Source of the DNA: Octopus vulgaris
Lineage: Eukaryota
Assembly: GCA_951406725.2 (NCBI GenBank)
Contig: OX597816.1
Span: 35,340,001 to 35,404,000, forward strand
Direction of reading: 5' to 3'
Length of the DNA stretch: 64,000 bases
Shown: positions 50,372 to 61,955 of the stretch, piece by piece
Layout of the letters: the number at the start of each line of letters is the position of its first letter
Position numbering within the stretch: the stretch's first letter is position 1
The notes under the pieces: generated by a model
Told to the model about the DNA's origin: nothing
What the model saw: only the letters and a program-made list of their open reading frames with translations
Database searches by the model: none
Translations under genes and position numbers: made by a program

Positions 50372-52692
50372 TACCAAACGACCCGTTGTGTCACTGACGG
50401 TTCAGGTTATAAATAATTGAAGCTGATTTCAACACTGCATTGAAAGGAAAGCTATGATGATTCATTTAAACATTTCACTTCGTTCGTGTCACCATAGGTC
50501 TGCTTAACAAGTTCATGTTCAAGGTTTTATTGATCATTTACAGTATCTAATAGAAATGGAACTTCCACGATAAACCTGAACTCCAGTAAAACCATCTATT
50601 TAAGATATAGGTGCACACTTCTACAATCATGCAAGAGGAATTGTTTTATAACGTAAATATAAAATTAATGCAAAGAATCTTCCCATTTCAGGGTTATGAT
50701 ACGTTCGGAGTATTTTCTCAATGTGCTCCGTTTTGGCTATATTAAATTACAAGCAATCACGCACGCAAACAAGCACACAAACCATACTGGCAAAACTAAA
50801 GATCTGTACCCAACCCCGAATCTGTTGCCTCATAACTTCCATAAACATGGATATTTTAACGAAATTTTCAACAGATGCTGTTTGGATGCTATGGATTCAG
50901 AATATGTAGGGGTATATAGGAACGAATTTTCTCAAGGAGTTTTGTAAAAGTCACGAGATCCGCTTTTTTCTCCCATAACTTTCATAAGTTGGATATATAT
51001 TAATGAAATGTTATGCAAATACCTTTCAAACGGCATAGATTACCCGTATAAGGAAATATGCGAAAAGAAATGTCTTCCGAGGTGGTAGGGAGAGAAGTTT
51101 CGAAAAAACAGTGTTTCGTATCAGCAAGACAAAATAAGTTGAAACTACTCCGTTTTGACGGGGATTTACAGGATACGATGCGGGCCGGGACCTTTTTTTA
51201 TGAAAAAAGTTTTTAAAATTTTCTTTGTACAGCACCCCCTCTTCATCCCACTATGGACGGAATTTGACCATTTTTTCTTTTTCTTTTTTGCTTTTGCACT
51301 TTAAAACCATTTTTCTCTTTTATTTTAATATTTTCAGGGGAAAAAGTCAGTGATGTAAGGGAAATTTTGTAGTTGTTTCTAGCACGTCCCAATACAATCC
51401 TCCTCGTTTCAGTCTCACTCTTGAATGTGTTGATGTTTGTCAATATTTTATCTCCCCATAAATCCCTTTATATGCCATAAAAATATCTGAAAAATTATAA
51501 TCTTTTTGCAAACCCACTCCGTGCTCCGATTGTTTCTGCTTATAAATCAAAATTTGGGAGATCCTGAGAAGGTCGTTGCTGGCATTTATCCCCAGTGGTA
51601 CGTAAACGATAATTCGTTTTAATAGCATATTTTCCGTGAGAAAATGTAATGGTTTTTTTTTCTGTACGCACACACGTCATTACATGATTGAGGTGGGGGT
51701 AAAAATTCAAATTACAACGGACCACACGTGCGTATCTTCGGTATCGTCATTTCATAAAATGTGTTTAATGGGAGAAAACTATTGAGAAATCATCAATACA
51801 TGTGAGAGGAAGAAACGAGGGTGGTTTGAGAGGTGCTAGAAACAACAGCGAAATCTCCCTTGGATCATACACACTGTCCTATGAAAATATTTACAACATC
51901 TTTTTCATCGAAAATGCTCTTCCCATGGTTTTCAAGTTAATAGAAAATATTGGCCAAAATCCGTCCGGAGTGGGATGGTGAAGAATTTTAAAAATTTTCA
52001 CAGAAAGATGCCCCCCAAAACCAACATCATTACGGATGCTGTTGTGAATTAAAATCAATGGGGAAAATTCCATTGTTTTTATTTTACAACAGAGTAGTTT
52101 CAAATTATTTGGTCTTCCTGATACGTAACTCAAATTTTTCTAAATTCCTCTCCACTCCCACTCCTAAAAATTGTCCCTATACATTTCTATACAATCGTAA
52201 TCAATGTCGTTTGAAAAGTATTTCTATAAAATTCCATTAACAGAAATCCATTTTCCTGAAAGTTATGAGAAAAAATTGGTTCATGTGAATTTTCCGAAAC
52301 TACTTTCCACCACCCCCATCAGAAAATTATTTCCCATAAAGCCCTATAGACACTGAATCCACAGCGGTATTTATTGAAATTTTCATTAAAAAGTATCCAT
52401 CTTTTTCTGGAAATTATGAGGCAATAAAATCAGTGGTCTATACATCTGTAGATATACCAACAAACCTATCCAGATTTCACCGTAAAGGGCAATAAATCTA
52501 GGTTTTACAGCATAATTTTACGGAAATAACCCCCCCCAACAAACGCGTATCTTGAGAATCGATTTACGTGAAACATGTTTTATTCCGTTTGTACTCATAT
52601 ATCAGGGGTACCTTACTTTCAAGGTATTTTCTCACTATACGCCCCTTTGGGTGTATTAAATGATAGACATGCAAGCAATAAGAGAATTTTAG

Positions 52693-52705
<13 letters not shown>
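50372..52705 (+). mobile_element. Large (~2.3 kb) non-coding Helentron/HINE-like element
   Basis: Starts after a CA/TA run with ACCCGT..ACGG IR-like head; recurrent CCCATAAC/ATAACTT motifs; 3' hairpin ATACGCCC-CTTT-GGGTGTAT then GAATTTTAGTATATA; no credible ORF. Confidence 0.45.
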
Positions 52706-52734
<29 letters not shown>

Positions 52735-52744
52735 ACCTGTCAGA

Positions 52745-53190
52745 AGGCGGTGACCTGGCAGAAACGTTAGCACGCCGGGTGAAATGCGTAGCCGTATTTC
52801 GTCCGCCGTTACGTTCTGAGTTCAAATTTCGCCGAGGTCGACTTTGCCTTTTATCCTTTCGGGGCCGATAAATAAAGTACCAGTTACGCACTGGGGTCGA
52901 TGTAATCGACTTAATCCCCTTGTCTGTCCTTGTTTGTCCCCTGTGTCTAGCCCTTGTGGGCAATAAAGAAATAAGAAACGTTAGCACGTCGGGCGAAGTG
53001 CGTAGCCGTATTTCGTCCGCCGTTACGTTCTGAGTTCAAATTCCGCCGTGTTCGACTTTGCCTTTCATCCTTTCGGGGGTCGATAAATAAAGTACCAGTT
53101 ACGCACTGGGGTCGATGTAATCGACTTAATCCCTTTGTCTGTTCTTGTTTGTCCCCTCTGTGTTTAGCCCCTTGTGGGCAGTAAAGAAAT
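52745..53190 (+). mobile_element. SINE type B head-to-tail dimer
   Basis: Two units AGAAACGTTAGCACG..GTAAAGAAATA. Confidence 0.9.
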
Positions 53191-53263
53191 ATATATATAT
53201 ATGTGTGTGTGTATGTATGTATGCACAATAGGTACACACATATGCATATATATATATATATAT

Positions 53264-53657
53264 ACTAGCAGTACCGCCCGGCGTTGCTCGGGTTTGTAAG
53301 GGAAATAACTATACATCATTTTTGGAGAGTTATAGCCAAAAAATAGCAAAAAATGCATTAAAAATGGAAAAAATATGATGGTAATTTTTTTTTTAATCGT
53401 TGACTCATCGTAGACATTTTTAGAGAGTTACTTCCCTTTAAAAAAATATGCATGAAAATGGGAAAAAATGATGGTAAATTATTTTTTAAATCGTAGACTC
53501 ATCGTAGACGCGCGCTAATACCCAGAAGGGCTCGATATGAATCACGACTAAAAGATACCCGGTTTTGGTTAAACTGCACCGCACAATGTGGGAGTAGTTA
53601 GGAATCTAAATCATAGGAGACAGACACTCACACAACTACAGTTTTATATATAAAGAT
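53264..53657 (+). mobile_element. Helentron-associated HINE/DINE-1-like element inserted in (TA)n
   Basis: ACTAGCAGTACCGCCCGGCGTTGCTCGGG head, internal tandem repeat, GACAGACA subterminal repeat, TTTTATATATAAAGAT end; absent from the duplicate at about 61380; no discernible TSD. Confidence 0.8.
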
Positions 53658-54008
53658 ATACGGTTGTTTCCTTTCATGATCCATATAACAAATGCACTCA
53701 GAAGTCGTGGGTTAGTCTGGAGCTTCAATACAAGATTCTTGCCTAAGGTGTCACGCAATTGGATTGTAATATTTGGGATGAATCAGTATATAATATTATA
53801 GATGCAATATGGTTAAAGGAAGTGGGGGAAGAAATCATGAGAATCAGCCAGATCTAAAACTAACAAGTACATTAATAAGTAAAGTTTTAGGGAAAATGCC
53901 GAGGACCAGATTTAGATCAAGGGTACTGGCTAACGAAATTTGGTACTTTCCATGGGAGGCCGAAGGTACAATTTCCGGGCTGCCTTCATGGTAAAATACT
54001 ACCAGATT

Positions 54009-54419
54009 GGCGCAGGAGTGGCTGTTTGGTAAGTAGCTTGCTAACCAACCACATGGTTCCGGATTCAGTCCCACTGCGTGGCACCTTGGGTAACTGTCTT
54101 CTGCTATAGCCCCGGGTCGACCAATGCCTTGTGAGTGGATTTGGTAGACGGAAACTGAAAGAAGGCCTGCCGTATATATGTATATATATATATATGCATG
54201 TATGTGTGTTTGTGTGTCTGTGTTTGTACACCTAGCATTGCTTGACAACCGATGCTGGTGTGTTTACGTCGCCGTCACTTAGCGTTTCGGCAAAAGAGAC
54301 CGATAGAACAAGTACTGGGCTTACAAAGAATAAGTCCCGGGGTCGATTTGCTCGACTAAAGGCGGTGCTCCAGCATGGCCGCAGTCAAATGACTGAAACA
54401 AGTAAAAGAGTAAAAGAGA
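54009..54419 (+). mobile_element. Full-length SINE type A
   Basis: GGCGCAGGAGTGGCTG ... GTAAAAGAGTAAAAGAG. Confidence 0.9.
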
Positions 54420-54459
54420 TTGGATGACCAGAGAGAGGACAGTACTGATTATGAATGAT

Positions 54460-55085
54460 AAGAGTATGGGCAATACAGATTCCTTAATACACCCTGTAAG
54501 ACTCTCCAGATATAGGCATGGAATTTGACGTAGATAAGTGTGGAATATTAATCATAAGAATGGGACAAGTAGTCAAAAGCGACGGCTTCCAGTTACCAGA
54601 TGTCGTTCTCCCTTCTCGTTCCTCAAAAAACTCTCCTATTCTATCGAAATAATCTGTTATGCTCAAAACATTGTCTTAAAGTATCATAGTGAAACACAGA
54701 AATATTTGATGGAAGCCAGGAAATTCAAATGCAGAATGGGCAAGCAATGAAAAGTGTTGAGAAAGTAAAGTGATGAGGGTATTTAGGAATAATGGAAGCA
54801 GATGAAATAAAACATGAAGAAATCAAGCAAGTTAAAAGTAAAGAGTATACAAGGTGAGTGAGAAAGTATGACAAAGTTCAATTTAAGAAATGTTATTGAA
54901 GGAACACATGCAAGGATTATCAGGCAGGCATGGATCTGGAATTGGAGATTAGACCAGAACAGACTTCCGAAACTTCACGGAAAAGCTAAGCTTTAACTTT
55001 GTATTGAGCCTACCATACAAACGTTGATATTTAATAGTTGTACTAAAAGAGAGACCAGGGTGGAAGAAAGTTAATTGCTAGGTAC
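54460..55085 (+). mobile_element. Degenerate R4/Dong-type RT fragment
   Basis: DIGMEFDVDKCGILIIRMGQVVKSDGFQLPD, YLGIMEADEIKHEEIK; duplicated at about 62220-62845. Confidence 0.7.
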
Positions 55086-55329
55086 ACATGTGTACAGGAA
55101 GGAAGAAAAGTCCGACTAGAATATTTACTGTACAGGGCAGAGAATAAGTAAATAAAAAGACAACGAATAAAAATAGGTGGTCAAAAATAGGCGAAGTAGT
55201 GACTGTGTGGTAAGTAGCTTGGATATTAAACCACATGGTTGCCACAAAATTCCTGCCATATAAGATCCACGAAAGGAAGAAAGATGAAGAGAAAATAGGG
55301 AATTTCATCAAGAGAACACCGGTATCAAC

Positions 55330-55740
55330 AATCTGGAAGTTATTAATGATAGTACCCGACCACAGAGTCCTCCGTAACAGACTAAATAGTTCTTTCTTGT
55401 CGGCGCCCAGAGTCTCCCCGAAAATAACGTCGCACTTCCTCGCCACTAATCCTCTATAAATTTCATTTCTCAAGCGGAACAATCCACTGACCCCGTTGCC
55501 TGACTGGTAGAAGGTTGTGGGCGTCCGACGACATTCTAGGTGCTACGTGCCCAGTTTGATCTCTTCACGCAGGACTGCAGCTTCGATACGGAAACGAGCT
55601 GCGGATTCCACATACGCTAACAGTCCAGAAATCGTTGCAGATGGCGTGACCTAAGAACGTGCCTGCGTATTGGGAGCAATTGAGAGCCATTCCCCACTGA
55701 GAGGATGCTGGCAACACACTGACCTCCTGACCATTGGATC
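55330..55740 (-). mobile_element. L1/Tx1-like ORF2 fragment
   Basis: YRGLVARKCDVIFGETLGADKKELFSLLRRTLW..NNFQ aligns with the 19140-19260 region; duplicated at about 63085-63485. Confidence 0.65.
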
Positions 55741-55744
55741 GCGT

Positions 55745-56860
55745 ACCTTCTCTGGTGTTGTTTGTTCTGATGTAATTCAGTATATCATTGAAATTTTTCG
55801 TTTCTTGGTTCAACTTCCAACGATCAACTTTTTGAAGGTTGCAAATAATGTCGCTATCATGCTCCTGTAGTTTTGCCTTTATTCTGACGTAGATTGCCCT
55901 TTGTTCATCTGTCATGTTGCCATTAGATTTATTGTCTCCTTTTAGACCATCTAAACGTATCTCATCAAGTAAGCTACCACTGTTCCTTTCTGTGCTATGA
56001 GATTGCTTTTATTAATAAGAACTGTATTTTCATTGTTATCCCTGCTGCTATTTTCCAAGACCTGTGTTTCGGTAGCTTCGAGATCCACTTCTGTGAACCA
56101 ACGATTTTTTCTTATTGTTCTAGCTTGATCACCCAGACTTGTTTCGTGAGTGGGAACAATCCTTTTTCCCTCTAATGATCATAAACACGTTGTCGGTAAC
56201 TCCTAATCTGAGCACCATTTTCATCCACCGTGTTTCTCAGGTAGTAACACTCCATGATCACAGCGTTAATTTACTTGCTCCATCTACGCCGTGTGTGTGG
56301 GTCCCTTTCTGGATATCGGCAGGCTGGAGCCGGACTGGAATCGCTGAGCCTGACGGGTGCAACACTGTCATCATCAGGGACTCCTGTTTCGTTACCACCG
56401 TTATTCACAATATTTTGTTTATTCATTATATTAGGTAGCGATTATCAGGTTGCGCAATTATCAGTGTTTTTACCTTTATTCTCTTGAGAAATGACGACGC
56501 CGTGGTGATCTCATTCTCGCTCACAACATCATAAGCGGGACGTGTAACCTATCGAAAGAGCTGTTCTTCACTCCTGCTCCTGAAAAGCCCTATCTACGAC
56601 GATTTCATCTCAATCGAAGGAGAAGGGCTTTCTCCGTCCGGGTTGCGGATCCGTGGAATAAGCTGCCGGACAAGATAGTCAAGATGCCGACGACCGCTCG
56701 GTTCAAAGTATGAACACCCTCCCTGTACATAAGTCCCTGTCCCCCTAAATGGCCTTGCTTTTGCTTTTTGAGCCAAAATATACAATTGAATTAAAATTGT
56801 GACACCATCACTAGACGTATCATTAACCAGGACACGAGGACACTCCACCTGCTCCTTTTA
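55745..56860 (-). mobile_element. 5' end of an R4/Dong-type element (5' UTR and Myb-like N-terminus), interrupted by a CR1 fragment
   Basis: RRRWSK*INAVIMECYYL..YRQR..DQARTIRKNRWFTEVDL; 5' end abuts the minus-strand (TAA)n at 56865-56980; partly duplicated at 63490-64000. Confidence 0.7.
56472..56790 (+). mobile_element. CR1-type LINE 3' fragment
   Basis: LYSLEK*RRRGDLI..FF..RR.AFSVRVADPWNKLP..FK (CR1 C-terminal signature) plus a short 3' UTR. Confidence 0.78.
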
Positions 56861-56868
56861 TTTTATCA

Positions 56869-56941
<73 letters not shown>

Positions 56942-57719
56942 CATCATGAACATTATCATGAACATCATCATCATCATCATCCCTGATATCAATATTATTA
57001 TTGTTTCGGCCTCAGATTCTTGTGCTATCAGAATAATAGTAGTTGTAATATTTGTAGTTTTAGCAGTTGCAGCTTATTATCATTCTTTTATTTTTACCAT
57101 TATCACCATAACCACTACTATTATTGTTATTATCATTATTACTATTTCCATTTATTACTAAAAAGATTTTGATAAATGTTCTTTGTTTTCAACTTTTGTC
57201 TTGTACTTGAGAAAATCATAAATATGAGGTTGTTGAAAGAAATAGATGGGAGCGGGGAGTTGCCGTTTGGTGAATAGATCAAATCCTACAGGTCTATAAA
57301 TAGATTCAGCAGCTGGTGTCGAGGTCAGCCATAGAGAGTGGGTCAACAGAGGTCAAATTTGTTTACTACTACCAGCGCTGCCTTTCGCTTGAGAAGAAGC
57401 AATCCAAACTGTTCTATTTGTAATTACAGTTAGAGAATACAATAAAATATTTATATACTGATATTCACGTTGCTGAATTGTTGAATTTCTGAATTCAGGT
57501 GTGTTGTAATAATATAAGTTATGTTTACATATGAGGGTAGTCAGGGATACGTTTCATGCAACATTTAATATATCAAAGTTTTAAAGTTTTCTTGAGATGT
57601 TCGTTTGTCTTTCCTTTTGGATAATACAGTAGTGATTTTGCAAATGGATGTTTACATTTTTGAATACTGAGGGAGTAAGGCAAGGATAGGTATTCACAGA
57701 AGTTGCAGACATTAAAGTT

Positions 57720-57736
57720 TTGTTGTATTATTATTA

Positions 57737-57795
<59 letters not shown>

Positions 57796-57869
57796 GTTGT
57801 TGTTGTTGTTGTTATTATGATCATTAATTTTATTTTTATTATTTTTATTATTATTATTATTATTATTAA

Positions 57870-57928
<59 letters not shown>
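57720..57928. repeat. (ATT/GTT)n microsatellite
   Basis: Seen directly. Confidence 0.9.
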
Positions 57929-57929
<1 letters not shown>

Positions 57930-58255
57930 GTTTGTGCTTACGAAAGCGTTACAAATGGGGTGAGAGTCGGACAGAGGGAGAGAGAGAGAGAAGGAATAAT
58001 GTGCAGTGAGATGCATCGACATTCAACGTGGGAACGAAAAAAGTATATAGAAATTCATATTGGATATAGTATAGCTGAGATGAAGTTTTAGAAAAACAAT
58101 AGAAAGCTATTTATAAATAACTAAGGATTCGCGTGCGCGCAAGAGAGAGAAGGAAATAAAGAGTAAGTGAGAGAGAGACTGGGTGAGAGACGAGAAAAGG
58201 AAATATAATGTTAATTTCGATGGATTAGTAATTTTCAGTAGTAGGCATGTTACCT

Positions 58256-58479
58256 ATTTCTTTACTACCCACAAGGGGCTAAACACAGAAGGGACAAACA
58301 AGGACAGATAAACGGATTAAGTCGATTATATCGACACCAGTGCGTAACTGATACTTATTTAATCGACCCCGAAAGGATGAAAGGCAAAGTCGACCTCGGC
58401 GGAATTTGAACTCAGAACTTAACGGCAGACGAAATACTGCTAAGCATTTCGCCCGGCGTGCTAACAGTTCTGCCAGCTC
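58256..58479 (-). mobile_element. SINE type B monomer with perfect 16-bp target-site duplication
   Basis: AGTAGGCATGTTACCT at 58240-58255 and 58480-58495. Confidence 0.92.
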
Positions 58480-58619
58480 AGTAGGCATGTTACCTTTGTT
58501 TGAAGACATACATTAGCCGCATACTTCGAAATTATCGAGGTATAACATTTCAGTGATGGAGATTGTGTAGATTATGAGAATGTATGCAAGTGTTTGGGAT
58601 AGATATGCGTTTCATCAAG

Positions 58620-58910
58620 GAAAATGTTAGTGATAATTTTTTTTTAAAGCATTGACTCATCGTAGACATTTTTAGAGGGTTACTTCCCTTATATAATAGC
58701 CAAAAAGTGCATTAAAATGGAAAAAAATAATGGTAATTTTTTTTTTATCGTAGACTCATCGTAGACGCGCGCTAATACCCAGAAGGGCTCGATATGAATC
58801 ACGACTATAAGATACCCGGTTTTGGTTAAACTGCACCGCAAAATGTGGGAGTAGTTAGGAATCTAAATCGTAGAAGACAGACACACAACCTCTCTTTTAT
58901 ATATAAAGAT
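58620..58910 (+). mobile_element. 3' part of the same HINE family as 53264-53657
   Basis: Near-identical to 53370-53657; ends TTTTATATATAAAGAT. Confidence 0.85.
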
Positions 58911-61262
58911 TTACAGTATCTAATAGAAATGGAACTTCCACGATAAACCTGAACTCCAGTAAAACCATCTATTTATGATATAAGTGCACACTACTACAAA
59001 CATGCAAGGGGAATTGTTTTATAACGTAAATATAAAATTAATGCAAACAATTTTCCCATTTCAGGGTTATGATACTATCGGAGTATTTTCTCAATGTGCT
59101 CCGTTTTGGCTATATTAAATTACAAGCAATCACGCACGCAAACAAGCACACAAGCCATGCTGGCAAAACTAAAGATCTGTACCCAACCCCGATCTGTACC
59201 CAATCTGTTGCCTCATAACTTCCATAAACATGGATATTTTAACGAAATTTTCAACAGATACTGTTTGGATGCTATGGATTCAGAATATGTAGGGGTATAT
59301 AGGAACGAATTTTCTCAAGGAGTTTTGTGAAAGTCACACGATCCGCTTTTTTCTCCCATAACTTTCATAAGCTGGATATATATTAATGAAATTTTATGCA
59401 AATACCTTTCAAACGGCATAGATTACCCGTATAAGGAAATATGCGAAAAGAAATGTCTTCCGATGTGGTGGGGAGAGAAGTTTCGAAAAAACAGTGTTTC
59501 GTATCAGCAAGACAAAATAAGTTGAAACTACTCCGTTTTGACGGGGATTTACAGGAAACGATGTGGGCCGGGACATTCTTTTATGAAAAAAGTTTTTAAA
59601 ATTTTCTTTGTACAGCACCCCCTCTTCATCCCAGTATGGACGGAATTTGACCATTTTTTTCTTTTTCTTTTTTGCTTTTGCATTTTAAAACCATTTTTAT
59701 TTTTTATTTTAATATTTTCAGGGGAAAAAGTCAGTGATGTAAGGGAGATTTTGTAGTTGTTTCTTGCACGTCCCAATACAATCCTCCTCGTTTCAGTCTC
59801 ACTCTTGAATGTGTTGATGTTTGTCAATATTTTATCTCCCCATAAATCCCTTTATATGCCATAAAAATATCTGAAAAATTATAATCTTTTTGCAAACACA
59901 CTCCGTGCTCCGATTGTTTCTGCTTATAAATCAAAATTTGGGAGATCCTGAGAAGGTCGTTGCTGGCATTTATCCCCAGTGGTACGTAAACGATAATTCG
60001 TTTTAATAGCATATTTTCCGTGAGAAAATGTAATGGTTTTTTTTTCTGTACGCACACACGTCATTACATGATTGAGGTGGGGGTAAAAATTCAAATTACA
60101 ACGGACCACACGTGCGTATCTTCGGTATCGTCATTTCATAAAATATGTTTAATGGGAGAAAACTATTGAGAAATCATCAATACATGTGAGAGGAAGAAAC
60201 GAGGGGGGTTTGAGATGGGCTAGAAACAACAGCGAAATCTCCCTTGGATCATACACACTGTCCTATGAAAATATTTACAACATCTTTTTCATCGAAAATG
60301 CTCTTCCCATGGTTTTCAAGTTAATAGAAAATATTGGCCAAAATCCGTCCGGAGTGGGATGGTGAAGAATTTTAAAAGTTTTCACAGAAAGATGCCGCCA
60401 AAACCAACATCATTACGGATGCTGTTGTGAATTAAAATCAATGGGGAAAACTCCATTGTTTTTATTTTACAACAGAGTAGTTTCAAATTATTTGGTCTTC
60501 CTGATACGTAACTCAAATTTTTCTAAATTCCTCTCCACTCCCACTCCTAAAAATTGTCCCTATACATTTCTATACAATCGTAATCAATGTCGTTTGAAAA
60601 GTATTTCTATAAAATTCCATTAACAGAAATCCATTTTCCTGAAATTTATGAGAAAAAATTGGTTCATGTGAATTTTCCGAAACTACTTTCCACCACCCCC
60701 ATCAGAAAATTATTTCCCATAAAGCCCTATAGATACTGAATCCACAGCGGTATTTATTGAAAGTTTCATTAAAAAGTATCCATCTTTTTCTGGAAATTAT
60801 GAGGCAATAAAATCAGTGGGCTATACATCTGTAGATATACCAACAAAGCTATCCAGAGCTCACCGTAAAGGGCAATAACTCTAGGTTTTACAGCATAAAT
60901 TTACGGAAATAACCCCCCCCCCCCCAACAAACGCGTATCTTGAGAATCGATTTACGTGAATCATGTTTTATTCCGTTTGTATTCGTATATCAGGAGTACC
61001 AGTTACGCACTGGGGTCGATGTAATCGACTTAATCCGTTTGTCTGTCCTTGTTTGTCCCCTCTGTGTTTAGTAAAGAAATAGGTATTTCGTCTGCCGCTA
61101 CGTTCTGAGATGAAATTCCGCCGAGGTCGACATTGCCTTTCATCCTTTCGGGATCGATAAATAAAGTACCAGTTACGCACTGGGGTCGATGTAATCGACT
61201 TAATCCCTTTGTCTGTCCTTGTTTGTCCCCTCTGTGTTTAGCCCCTTGTGGGCAGTAAAGAA

Positions 61263-61325
<63 letters not shown>

Positions 61326-61344
61326 CACAATAGGTACACACATA

Positions 61345-61386
<42 letters not shown>

Positions 61387-61900
61387 CGGCGGTTTCCTTT
61401 CATGATCCATATAACAAATGCACTCAGAAGTCGTCGGTCAGTCTGGGGCTTAAATGCAAGATTCTTGCCTAAGGTGTCATGCAATCGGATTGTAATATTT
61501 GGGATGAATCAATATATAATATTATAGATGCAATATGGTTAAAGGAAGTGGGGGAAGAAATAATGAGAAGCAGCCAGATCTAAAACTAACTAGTACATTA
61601 ATAAGTAAAATTTTAAGGAAAAATACCGAGGACCAGATTTAGATCAAGGGAACTGGCTAACGAAATTTGGTACTTTCCATGGGAGGCTGAAGGTACAATT
61701 TCAGGGCTGCCTTCATGGTAAAATAATGCCACATTGGCGCAGGAGTGGCTGTTTGTTAAGTAGCTTGCTAACCAACCACATGGTTCCGGGTTCAGTCCCA
61801 CTGCGTGGCACCTTGGGCAAGTGTCTTCTGCTATAGCCCCGGGTCGACCAATGCCTTGTGAGTGGATTTGGTAGACGGAAACTGAAAGAGGCCTGTCGTA

Positions 61901-61955
<55 letters not shown>

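Larger units (their letters stand above)
50536..56260 (+). repeat. Segmental duplication, copy 1 (direct repeat of 58909-64000)
   Basis: Collinear match from ATTTACAGTATCTAATAG to TCCATGATCA with scattered substitutions and indels; paired ORFs in the track (e.g. 51440/59824, 52058/60441, 55565/63284). Confidence 0.95.

Noticed and set aside
50696-52240. ORFs conserved between the duplicates (e.g. 51440/59824, 52058/60441)
   Set aside because: Conservation reflects recent duplication of a non-coding element; frames shift between copies and no domain is recognisable.
57160-57410. Ankyrin-like fragment LLLKRKAALVVVNKF..PLSMA on the minus strand
   Set aside because: A single partial repeat that needs a frameshift across a stop; insufficient evidence.
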